Source: Bigelowiella natans CCMP2755
Lineage: Eukaryota > Protista > Cercozoa
Length of the DNA stretch: 64,000 nt
Direction: 5' to 3'
Assembly (NCBI GenBank): GCA_000320545.1
Contig: ADNK01003061.1
Location: forward strand, 58,951-122,950
Numbering within the stretch: the first letter of the stretch is position 1; each line of letters starts with the position of its first letter. Both the position numbers and the translations under genes were made by a program. This document shows positions 27,401 to 39,900 of the stretch, piece after piece. Under the pieces are notes generated by a model. The model had not been told where the DNA came from. It ran no database searches and worked only from the letters and a program-made list of their open reading frames with translations.

Positions 27401-30400
27401 ATTATCGCCTTGAATTGACCTCCCCACCACCAGCATTGATGATGATGCTGCTGCTGTTGCTCTCGATTTTTATGATTCTGCATCCCTCTGCTATTACTAC
27501 TACTTCCTAGTTTTCCATCCTTACAACTGCTACTATCATTATTGTTAGTTCTATTATTTTGATCATAAGATAAGTCAATTAGGCGCATTCCTCTTCTCCC
27601 ATTGACACACATGGGTGTTAAAACGAAGTCCTCATAGCTTATCCCAGGGGCCGGGGATAGGAATAAGGAGGGGAGAGAAGTAGACGAAGATAACGATAAT
27701 GATGAGGACTCTCCTCCAAGACCACTAATAGAGATGATCACGTGCAAACAAACAAATACAAAAAGTGAGGAAACAATTTACTGTCTCCTTGGAGTTAAAG
27801 AGAAATATATAGAGTTAGCTGATAGCTAGATAAGGAAGCAACGAAAATTGATCGATCCATCGATAAAAAGCTAACAAGGTATAGATAATTACTACGAGCT
27901 TTGGCTTCTTCGTGATATGATTCTTGCTTCTGCATTTGCTCGCTTAGCCTTAAAATCGTTCAATATCTTCTTGCGTTTCATCTGCGAAAACTTAGATCCT
28001 CGCCGATTTGCGACCTCCATTCGAGCGCGATTTTTCTCTGAAAGTATCGTCGCCTTTTTCATGATGGAAGAGAGAATAGAACCAATAAACCGCCTTTTGG
28101 TGCCGGGAGAGGAAAGAAATAAATATAAGAAATTATAATGGTGATAATGTTTAATGTTAATTACTAATGCACTATTATCCACAAATACTTTCGATTCTGC
28201 TGCTTGTAGATTTTCTTCTTTTTCTTCTTCCTAATCACCACGAATACTTTATCGACGATGCTTTGGACAGCTGCCTTACAAATATTCTGATAGAACCATT
28301 TTTTTAAATTAGCATATAAACGATGAATACGTAACATAAATCAATAAGTCATTTGCTAAACGGCTTGAATGGTTAGTTGAATGCTCATCTATCACGAAAC
28401 TTGATAATATTCTTTATTCTTCACCCACGAAATAATAAAAGCACCTTTCTCCTACGTCGTGACACCAATGGTAAGCGCTGTTTTGGTCGTCGTCGGTGTA
28501 ATATGAGTTCACCCTTTTGCATAGTGCTGATGCTGCAGCTGTTGTTGTTGTTGTTGTTGTTGTTGCCTCCTTTAGAGTTAACTTCACATTCGTTTTTACT
28601 TTGATCATTATAGTCTTTTTCCTCTTTATCCGCCCTACCTTTCTCCTCATTCTGGTATTTGATTGAAGATGAAAATGGGAAAGGTGATAACACTGTTCCA
28701 ACCTCAACTGTCTCTACTGCTGCTGCTGCTGCTGGTGGTGGTATTGATGAGGGAGCGCTTGTAGATGATGCTGCTGATAATACTGCTGATGTAGAATTTA
28801 TCAGGATATCTCTACATGTGGAAGGAGTTGCTGTCGTCGAATCAGATGATGCTATGTTGATCATGGGGAATATGGAGGAGGGGGAGGAGGGGGAGGAGAT
28901 GGAGGAAGTGGGTATGATCGATTGACCGTGTTGCTTCCGTTGCGGTGATGATCCACCTAATATATATCATTTATAGTCATGCTGTACAAATCTACTGATG
29001 AAAAGCTCTTATTACACTTCAATAGTGATACATGCGACGTCTGATAAAATGATGATGATGATGGTGGTGGTTGTGGTGGTGGCGGTGATAGTGATGATAT
29101 TGAGCACTGAAGCCAGAAACGAAAATGGAAAGATTTTTTAAAAAGAGGAAGAATCAAATAATTCTCTCAACGTCAGAACTGGAATAAGTGACCATTGAAA
29201 TGAGAATTAATTACTGCTGTTTTCTGTCGTCGTCGTCGTCGTCGTCATATTGATTCTTGTTAACTCACCATTTTTGTCGTTCTTGTCACGATCGTTACTG
29301 TCTACAATCGTCTTCTTTTTCCTTTTTTTTTTTTTCTTCCTATTTTTCCCCTTGGTTTTAGCTTTGTTGGCGCTGCTGCTGCTATTGCATCTATTCTGGT
29401 GTCGATTCTGCTGGTGTTTCGCCTTGATTAAGTCTTCCTCCTTTTCTAATTCAAAGACTAGTGATTCCAATGCGGCCTATGTTATCATTGACGTGTGTGT
29501 GTGTGTATGTGTATGTATGTGTATGTGTGTGTGTGTGTGTGTGTATTCTTTCATATGCAGGGATAAAAGGCAACATAAATTTGAATGGCTGTTGATATCA
29601 TGACCATCATCACCATCCTAATCACCATCATACAGACCATCTGCTCTTTCTGCTAGCTAACTACACTATAATATGAATAACGTATATTTTATTTTTCTCT
29701 CACTCGTTCTTATATCCTATTTCTGCCATTACTAGTTAATACTACCTTTGCTCGTTTTTGATTGAGTTTCTTGAAGAGCGTTATTGCAGCACGTAGTCCT
29801 CCTCCTCGTAGCTCCCCTACTCCTCCTTCCCCTCTTCTTTTGAATAATTCACCCAACTTTATCCAAAATCCAGATTCAACCAGATTGGATATGATTGAAT
29901 ACCTATTGATGGAAAATACTCAACACAATGAGTAACGAAACAACACAATAATATGTGGACTCCAACCAGCATTACTCTTTTTATTGTCACCATTATATCC
30001 CTAGTAATAATATCATGAAGGATATCCCATGTCAGTGTTGTGCTATTCTCTATCATCATTACATGTCCTCGGTAATAGTAGCGGTACTACTACTACTACT
30101 ACTGCCATCGTAGAAGTCTCCATTGGCTATGGCCTCTTTGCTGGCATCATCATCATCATAGCTTTCAACAAGGTTATTCCTGTTTGTCTTCTTTCTTCTC
30201 CTTCTTCCACTACTACGGCTGCTCCTATTCTTTTTTACTGATCTTTTCCTGCTACTGCCTGTTATTTGACTTTCCTCTTCAATCCCATTGGCTTTTTTGT
30301 TGTAGCTGTTCATTCTGCTTGCAGGATGATGGTAAGCACATTCAACAATGAGTTGGCGTTGGGTTTTAGTATCCAGTTGATGCCAGAATCTCTTTGATAA

Positions 30401-32459
30401 CTCGATCTCTTCCTCTAACAACCCTACTGAAGTTGTGATGACCGATATTTGCTGTCTTTGGAATGAGATCTTCAGTTGATCTCTTAGTTCTGAAAAGTAG
30501 AAGGCAGAAATACGAACATTTGTGCAGGTGGAAATTGACTTTTAAGTATTAAGAAGCTTATTTATTATTCTAGGACAATAACTTAAGCTTCTCTCCTTTA
30601 TTATCATCATGCATGATTATTCAGCTCATATTAAGCTCATAGAAAAGTATTTAGGGAGGATGAGAATATCATCATTATCATAAACATAACTATACATTAT
30701 ACACTGACTGTATGCAATAAATGCGCCTAGAGAATATGCAGCAAGGCGGCCTCTCTCCATCATCATTCTGGATATCTCCCCAACAGCACCACATTTAACC
30801 CTCCCTCTGCGGAGTAAAGAGGCTGCTGCAGCATTTGGAATGACAGTTGTATCAGCATTATATAGATCAACTCTCTCTTCATTCTCCTCCTTTGTCGGTA
30901 CTACGGTTGTGTTTCTGCTTCCGGTGAGAGATGATGAGTGCATTGTTGCTGTTGTTACTGATGATGATAAAGATACTGATGGAGGTGGTGCTCCTGTTGA
31001 CACAAAAGACCCCCCTTTAGTGTTCGTATCATTCCGACGCTGATAATGCTCTCTACGGATCTGGCCTTCACTTTCAGCAGCTTTAAACTGGCTTGGCTTC
31101 AGCGGAGAATATAGTGATGCAGAAGACAACGACGACGACAAAACCGTTTCTGCTTCTATTGTTGCTCCTGGTATCAATTTTGGGAGATTGCTGCCGGACT
31201 CCATTTTTTTTTTTTCGCTCCGTTTTACATTAGAGCGATTTGAATCTGAATGCAGGATTATACATACGCTTTGGTGACTACAGGATGTGATAGTAATGAC
31301 GACCATTCGGTGCGGATAATGATGATATTGATGATGATAATCGTATGGATTAAGTTAGTAGTAGTATCGTGAGGTATGAATGGTTTCACTTAGAAGCAGT
31401 AGTAGCAATTTATAGCAACAATGTATCGAAGAAGAAACACTGATTACCTTTGGGAATTCGCTCCATTTGGAGGTAAAATTCTCGTGTGCAGCACTCGCTC
31501 ATTGCATCATGCACTGTCTCGGATAACCATCCTAATGATGATGATGATGATGATGATAATGACGATGATGATGGTAGGCAATCATTTTATGTAAAATGGT
31601 GACATATGGCAGTATCACAATACTGGTGGATAGTAGTATGGATGAATTACTACCTTTTTCCAAGAGTAGCTTGGGTTCAATGCTAAGATACCAAGATATT
31701 CGTTTACCCTCTGCTAATCTTAAATCAGAGAAATCACTCTGTTGCGAAGAATTGAGAGTAGACAATGAGGAGGAAGAAGCAAAAGAAGGCTGCTCCATCG
31801 CCCTTTCCTTTGCAACCTTGCAGGAGGACGATGAACCTGGAGCCATGAACACCTATGAACAATTAAAGGGGAGAGAATATAGCATTTACATAAAGAAAAA
31901 AATACTTTGGGGATCTGCATGGTAAATTACAATGACAAGAACTGTTCAGATGTCACCTGCTTATGAGTGATTTCCTCTTTTGCTTCTTCTTCTTCTTTTC
32001 CTTCTTCTCCTGCCTGATTAGGTCTTAATCTGATAGAACTAACCAATTGCTTTGCTTTTGCATTTCCATCGTAATACATCTCTAACGACGGGTATCGCAA
32101 TGTACTACCACCATCGTTGCCCTTTTCGGACGTCGATGATGACTTAGAGAAAGAGCAATTGCCTTTGTCATTCTAGATGTTATATAAAAAAAATTTGTAT
32201 CATTCAAGAAATACAGATATATCTTTAGATTTCACCTTATTCTTCCTGATCTTGGTCCATGTCACGAAGCGATATTGTGTATTGTGAGTAAGAGTTGGAT
32301 AATCTGGAAGAGATCTTTTCTTCAATCTTCCGTTACTACTAACCATACTCTTCTTCGTTGACAGGAGGCCGTGCATCATATCGAAGATAAAGGCTCCATC
32401 ACACCCGCTATTACACTGGTGAAATTTTGGTAAATAGAAAAGGGAAGTGATGAGTAGTG

Positions 32460-32500
<41 letters not shown>

Positions 32501-33101
32501 GTGTGTGTGTGTGTGTGTGTGTGTTTGTGTGTGAACGATAGAACTTAGATATTACAGAAAGAATGTAAAGAGGTTCATTGTGACCTGATCGTTGTACATG
32601 CGAAAGAATATCTGAATCCATTTTTGGTCGGAAATCGTGACGGCCTTATTTTGGATTTAAGGTGGATTTAAGGTGGCGATCGTAATCAAGTCAGACAGTC
32701 TACATAATTCACACGCACGCGCAAACACCATTTACATTTCATAATTTCGCTGTCTACCTCTGCTTTTTCCTGGGGTGACAGTTGCTCAAACCAAGCAATT
32801 ATACGAATCCAAAGTTTTGCGTTAATCTCTCCACCTTCGATAGCCTTATTATTCAAATAGATGATATACATTAAACTACTGCTTCTATCCTTCCTTTCTA
32901 GCTGTCCCCTTGCCTCTATTTACACACCTTCTTCGTATTAGTAGAATTCCGAAAGGATTTGACATTAATGCTATTCTCCACCATGTCGAAAAGATGGGAG
33001 TTTCGCTTCGAAGTCTCCTAGCATATAATTTCAATGCCAATAGAAGGATGAAATTCAAATAAACCTTAGGAATAAAGGGCGATAGAAACACAGCTCACCA
33101 T
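17698..33101 (-). CDS. Non-canonical poly(A) polymerase / terminal nucleotidyltransferase (TRF4/PAPD5/TENT4 family) with very long low-complexity N-terminus and coiled-coil C-terminal extension
   Basis: The Pol-beta NTase core reads AETYGSFATGLLTPTSDVDLVI (~24240-24330), VPIIK..SLDLSF..HRG, LKQFLATKKINNPYTGGLSSYGIVLL. The PAP-associated region reads LGRLLVTFLDTFGRRFDP..VIDPFNTQNNIARTCFNVWQ|IQQVF. N-terminal exons include AWFEQLSPQEKAE. Downstream exons chain in phase to the stop at 17698. The core is secure; both ends are less so. Confidence 0.8.
25436..25530 (-). repeat. Coding tandem duplication (RNSSGPTEEE(E)TER x2) in low-complexity exon
   Basis: Visible directly in ORF 25295..26767. Confidence 0.8.
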
Positions 33102-33359
33102 TATGACGAAGGTCCTCAACCGAGGCAACAGTAAGACTTTGAGTATGTGGGGAATCTAATTGCATGCATCTTTGCAAGCTTGCTCTGAATTGATGATCAT
33201 CATAGGTATTCGTCGTCGACTGACTTTAGGGTAATGAGGATGCTTGCTTCTTCTTCCGAACAACTACTTTCATCATCAGACCTAGTCTATTTTTTCATAT
33301 GTAAAAAGAAAGACAAAGGAAGGTCATTTTCTATTTAAAATGACTCGAAAACGCAATTC

Positions 33360-34400
33360 TACCAAGTATACGGATGTATTTTCAAATAAATGTGAAGCAA
33401 ATAAAATTCCAAGAACTTTCTATTAAATTCATTTTTTCCAGAATTACTCTGAAGAATCTCCGAGATGCCACAGATACCCACGCCACAGCTGACAAAATGA
33501 ATCCCCGTCCTCCAATTCGAATGGATGAGGTTAATGAAGGTGACGCTTACTTTGAGATAGAATTTGAACATCCCATGTTTTGGCAAAATGAAGGAGATTT
33601 TACTTTGTCGGTCGGAGCCCCGAAACTATTACTCCTTGGAGGAGGCGAGAGAAATCCAATATCGAACGAAGCAAAGGGTGGCACAACTGGAGATCAGCCT
33701 GAAGCTGCTTCCGAGCATTTAAATAGAAACAAATCAATAGAACCTATGGCAGAAGTATTTAGTTGCGTAGAAGGCAGTGCCCGATGTTGCCGACAATGCG
33801 TCAGGCTGTCTTGTATCATTCCCTTTTACCCTCTTCACTACTGCACTGGTTGTTGCTGCGGCTTCGTTTCTCGGGGTAAGCATCGAATTGGGGTTTGCTG
33901 TCTGGTTGTCAAGCAAGGAACGAGAAGTGTCCATCATGAAAAATGGCAAAAGAAAATTGTTGTAGGTACGTGTTTGTATCCATGAAGAGAAGCATGAGCC
34001 AGATAGCTTGCAACCAGTAAAATTGAAGAAGAAAAAACTATTTTTTTAAATTTTACATAAAGGTGATACAAAAATCGGGAACAGAGACACTTTTTCTCGA
34101 TGTCTCAACAAGGCAAGGAGCTGTGGGGAGGATCAAGGAAGTTTCTTTGCTAAAATTTTGTGCACTTATTTCCTGTGCCCTTGCTGGGCTCCATTCGTTT
34201 GTTGTTCGGCATTTTGCACTGGGTGTTTTCGTGATGAAGAGCTCAGTAGATGAAGTGAAGAACTCGACACCCATAACGCATTAATTTCCTGGAAATACTT
34301 TGTTAGGGGAGCCCTGCTGTAGCCCTTGATGTTTCCATCTATGAGATGAAAGATGGCAGATGATGGCCAACCTCGTTTCTCTGCAGCGCACAAGCATCTT
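33360..34400. other. Possible coding segment of unresolved strand (hypothetical protein or extra 5' exons of the TENT4-like gene)
   Basis: Complex non-repetitive sequence with ORFs and plausible splice sites on both strands. The minus-strand readings are Ser/Thr/Pro-rich. No recognisable motif. Confidence 0.3.
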
Positions 34401-35306
34401 GTTCTAGTGTTACCAGCCCTAGAGCCTGCGCACGTCCACTATGAACATGTAAAATAATTCCATTGACTTTACATGGCTATCTAGCTATGCAAGTGCTCTA
34501 GCTAGTTCTGGAGCTAGTGCACGATCATCACTGAAAAGAACGCAGCTAGCTAGCTAGACAGCTGGCAAGATCTAGAGAAGTGATCTAGTGGCCTAACTAG
34601 CTAATCCACATTCATTTTCGTGCGATTTGCATTAGAAACATTCAAAATTATAGTTTGCTTGCTTGCTCAGTAGTTGACTGATTTTGTTCAAGTTGGCACA
34701 ATCTAAGCAATCGAAAGATCTAGAGCTTGAAAACTTCGCCAGCTCTAGATCTCTAGAGCTAGCTCAGTTAGTCAAGCCAGCTAGTCTAGTAGTGCTAGCT
34801 AGCTAGAACAGTGAGGCGTGCTAGTATGAGCGTGCAGCACAGAAGAACAAAGCGGCATAGCAACGTTGAACAAGCCATCAAGCTAGCAAGCACGAGCTAG
34901 CGAGGAAAAGAGGAGCAGGAATCTTTATGGAAGGCTAGAAGGTGTGTCTAGAGATGGCTAGATCTAGAGATTCTGACCATTTCTAGAGCTCTAGACCAGC
35001 GGAACTGGCTAGCTGGGAGACTGTGGAGCACCGACATACTTGCACTACTAGACTATTAGACTAGCTTTAGCTAGTCCTAGCTAGCTAGTGCACACTTCGT
35101 CGCTGGTTATCGCTTGTGTTGTCCACTGACCTAGTTCTGGCATTGATTTAGAGTGGTGCAAACTGGTGAGATGTGGGCACCTAGGTTTTGTGCAGCAATG
35201 CTAGCTAGCTAGGGTTACATGAATTAGACATGTGCTGCTTCAGTGCAAACGACACATTGTTTATTGGTTGCAGCTAGTCTTAACAAATTCAGTAATGTTT
35301 AGCTAG
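34400..35306. other. TpA-depleted, strongly CTAG-enriched intergenic island
   Basis: Dense ctag/gctagc/tctaga, e.g. agctctagatctctagagctagct at ~34741. It ends right at the stop codon of the minus-strand gene at 35307. Confidence 0.85.
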
Positions 35307-36443
35307 TTAGTCATGAGCAGAATCAATTTCATCTTGTACGCCCTCAAGGTGTAAACGATGGTGACGCTTCTTCTCTTTGCAGAATGGAATACCACTATGA
35401 ATGTTCATCTTGTGTTCTTCCCAGCAATAAGTATCTGCTCCATGTAAACATGGGTGTACTTTGTTATATCGAATAGGAATCACGGGCATATTATGGAAAC
35501 TCCTTTCTACTTTTACATTTGCTTGTTTGAGAATTGAATATGTGAGTGTCTCTGGGTCTTTAATGGCTACATCAGGGTGGAGTCCACCCTTGTTTACGTA
35601 CAAAGCCCTACGGAAACCCCGAAAATAAGTGTCTGCAACATGTCGTAGCATTAAAGCAGCTTTATCATTAACGCCTCCCCACCAGCTGTCGCACTCATTT
35701 ACTAAGAAATCTTTTCCATGATTCTGCTTATGTATTGACTGTACAGGGGCAAGCAATACACCATCATCCCTAATCATTACAATGTGAAACGGTGAGTAAA
35801 GTGCGTAAACTTGGGTTCGTCAGAATTCACCTAATTCGAAGGATCTCGTCGTACTGTCTACCCTTTCTCCTTTCAAGTTTGATCATTTCATCCATGCATC
35901 TTTCTATCGTAGCGAATTGGCGAGCATGTCCTTGCATTCTTTCTGTATTATTTGTTTCTTTACTCTTGTCGAGGCTGTCTCTGTACCATGGGACAACCTT
36001 TGGATTTTCCAGTGGCTGAAGATTCACTGTAATAACATTTTCAGCCAAATCGTTCAACAAGATTCCATACTTTTTAACATCTATTTGCCCCGAGACAGAG
36101 TTCTGGTTCGTGCCTTCCCCCTTGTTTACAAAGGTAGCTATCTCTTTATCATCCAATACCATAATAGCATCCACGGAGTGGCCTTTCATTAGATTGTAGA
36201 GTACAAAGTTTTCAACTTTGCTCTTCAATTCAAGTCTCTGTGTCTTGTAGGACATTAGGGTATAAAATCAATTATTCCGTTCAGATTTTAATTTTGTACA
36301 AACCATACCTGGCCTGTGATACACATCAACATGTTTAGTTTTTGTCCTGGGTATGTTAGACTCGAATGGCGTCTGTGTTCCCAAGAAGCTTCTACACAGA
36401 TAGCAAGGCTGCAACACATTAGTAGATGATGAAGATGCACCAT
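35307..36443 (-). CDS. Secreted/type-II membrane putative glycosyltransferase-like protein (protist 'CITGQ...YDxxxRxRxD...GGxND' family)
   Basis: Three exons: signal-like MVHLHHLLMCCSLAICVEAS..MLMCITGQ|TQRLELKSKVENFV..RQFATIERCMDEMIKLERRKGRQYDEILRIR|DDGVLL..WWGGVNDKAALM..ADTYF..DPETL. Introns are at ~36245-36308 and ~35773-35829. The function is inferred from motif pattern only. Confidence 0.7.
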
Positions 36444-36927
36444 TCTTCGATCTCCGAGTTTGATAGGGCAATACCAAGTGCAGCACCACTGGACCAAAGA
36501 AGTGATTTTTGGGTAAGGGTTGCAATGTACGACAAGACTGAACTATTGTCGCATTTTAAAAACAACATGTTTAACGTTGGACAAAAGATCAAACTAGTAC
36601 TATTAAATTAAGGGCAATTTCAGTAGACGACGACGACTTTTCTATCAATATTCAAATCACATGATCTGTTTTAACTCACTTATTGCCTTCTCTTCATTGG
36701 CGTGTCCAAACTACAAATATCCACAAGCCACTCAATCGCCCAAATAATTAAGGGTTGTTGTTCACTCGTCTGCCAATTCAATAACAACCTATTATTAAAT
36801 AGTATCATTTTTATTACTTCTTCTACTCTCATCATTTAGAAAATGACATACAATCAACGCCATGATCTTTTAGTCGACGCAGTGCAAAGAAATACAAATG
36901 ATACACAACCTCAGAGCAAAAATAGCA

Positions 36928-39900
36928 ATGGAGAAGGGGAAGGGAACAGATTCCCTCAATAAGATGCTGGGAATTCTCAAACGCGCTGGGATTGGTGCAG
37001 GAGAGGTTCTTGATGGAATGTTCAAATCCAAGTCAACGGTTTGAAATAAAAATTTTGCACACACATAATATCCTTACGCCTAACCCGATGATTGATTTAT
37101 CTATTAGATATCATTGTCAAAAGCCATATTTATTTCACTCAAGATAAATGTCTTCATCACAACATAAACTTAGGTTGATGAAGGGGAAGCCGGGGGCTTG
37201 CATCCAGGTTGCCAACTTGGTCCAGGTTTTGATAAATTTTGGATGCTGGTTGAACATCTTGAGAATCCATGCACGCAGTATCTTGAAGGGCTACTACAAC
37301 AACTCCAACGTATAATTGCATATGTTGTGATATCGATCATACAAAGCTAATATGCGCGATTTTGTATATTTCATATTTTCCGAAATATTATTAGATGTCA
37401 CAGCGAAAAAGAGCAAAATTAAAATGCCACCCTCAATTCCAATTACATCTCTCCTGAATACCATTCAATATATTGCGCTTTTCTACAATTTCAAGAGTTC
37501 AAAGAAGGTATGTTGCTGTTAAACTTGAAGATTTTAAATCATATTTTGTAATACAGGTAGGTGAACTCGTAAAGGAGATATTTGACAATGTAAAAGGAAC
37601 ATACGATTACAGAGGCGTCAGCCAAGCTCTAAAACCGCTTCAACTTCGAATGGCTGGAAAGAAGGACGATCACGAAAATTTGCTAAAGCTGCTTGTGAAT
37701 TGGTGCTTATAAAATAATATCTGACGAAAATACAGATCTAATTAGTGTTTCCTTAGGATATCAGTACAAGAGTCTCCAGATGAGTTTAATCGAATGACGG
37801 ATTTTGTGGGGTAATAAAAAGTTTTCTCAAAGTTGTTATTTTAATCTTAACTTCTCTTGGTTAGATATCCTACTCTGAATCCGAATTCTCCTTGTTATGG
37901 GGAGTATAGTTTTCTATACGTCTTCTTGAAAGAGCAAGCTGTGAGAACCTAAACAAATATCTAAGCGTTTTGTTTAGTAACGTGATATAACTTTGGCAGG
38001 AATCAAGCACTGAAAACCTTAGAATTATTGCTACGGACACAGTGAAACGAATCTGTGCATTGCCACAAGTAATGCAATTGAAATGGATGTTTCTAAACTT
38101 TTGAAAAGTAATGTAATAACTATAAGGTAATGCGTATCAATCCTAAAGTTGCTTCTAACTTTCTCCTGGCTTACGTCCATGTACAAAATGTAGATTTATT
38201 CTTCTACTTTCTATGATAACTGATTACATATATGCAGTTGTTGAACAGTTTAAGCTCACTATTTGGACCATTGGGAACACAACAACTTTGTGAGGTTTAT
38301 CTTAATAAATAATCTTTCCATAGTATCACTATTTGGAAAAATAAAAGTTCATGCAATGCCAAAAGGTCATTCATAATCTCCAACAATTTTACTTCTGGCC
38401 AACACCAATGGGAAATTACGTCGAGGATCTCCTTGTTAGAATGGAAAAGGAAGTAATGTTTCCTATGTGCTCTCTTTGGGAGTCATTTCAGCTTGAGGCA
38501 AATTCCGCTCGATCAAGAGAGGTCGATGATAAGTTTTAAAAATCGAAAACAAATGTTTTGTAAAAATTTATTTCACCATGGATCGGAATCAGAAATCAGC
38601 AAAATTTGCCGAAAGCGAGTCTATTGTTTATCACATAATGGATGAAGTATGTTCAGCATCCAAAGTGTAAGTCATATATGATTATTACGGCTTTGTTAAA
38701 CATTACATTGAGCGCATATATTATCATTGTTTTAGGTTTAGTCACATCTGTGAGATAAAGCAAGAGGATGGAAAGTACAATCATAGAAATAGATATAAGG
38801 TACTAATTATTATTTGCAATATACTATGAGATCTTGAATATGTTACCAATTTTGAAAAGACCTCCGAGATCTCCACTCGCGCACTTGCACTTCTTATTCT
38901 CCACACAATTAATCGGGATATTGAGGGTATATGCAATAAAGATATTTTGATGCAAATTCATGACCGTCTGTCATTGTAGTCACACGAAAGGATATTGATA
39001 ACTTTCTGAATCTGAGTGAAGATTATGTAAGAAAGGTTCGGAGTCAACTACATACATAAATGCAGGAAGTATTTAATAGCAATATCTACTCAGATTAGTG
39101 AAGAAATCCTTCAATTTGGAAGAGATATGTACAAGAAGGCTCTAGGTGTCACTATAATCACGAATATTTCAGCTCTTGTATCATTAGTCATACTGTTTTT
39201 GCCAAAAGGCACATTTGAAGACAAAGAAACCGATGGAGATATAAAAGAGAAACATGGAAGCACAAAAAATGTTAAGCATCCCTAAGTCATGTCGAAGAAA
39301 GCATTAAGAGTTACATTTTACAGATTCCAAAACTTATCACGCCCCAGGAGGGAGCAACACTTCGGCTTAAACTGTATTGGAATGTTTATGTCTTTTCATA
39401 TGCCTAATTAATATCTTTAATATTATAGATACCAAAGAATCAAAAACTCTTGGTCAAAACTATCTCAACAAGTATAGTGTTCTTGAATATCAGCGAGTCT
39501 ATGACTGATATATATTTTGGAACAGGATTCAAATACATCCGTGAAACGATTCTTTCCAGACACTGATGTATCATGCTTAATTTTAGATTTAACTCAATTT
39601 TTCGTTGTAGTTACTCGAATGATGTTCAGGACCTTTACAACATAGTGGATAAAAAAAAGATGCTATCACTTCCATCGCTTTGCCATAAGGTTACCGGTCA
39701 CACTGCGTTACTGCCCCGATTATTTATTTGTCATAGAAAAGAACATACTGTAATAGTTATCTGCTATTGAATTCCCCATATTTAGGCTTTGAGGCAAAAA
39801 CTTAACTATGAATTTCTTACCGAAGAACAAAGAAAGTTTTCAATGGAGACTGAGGTTCTATGATCAATAGATATATGAACCTTGTTTACTTCTTATTTTT

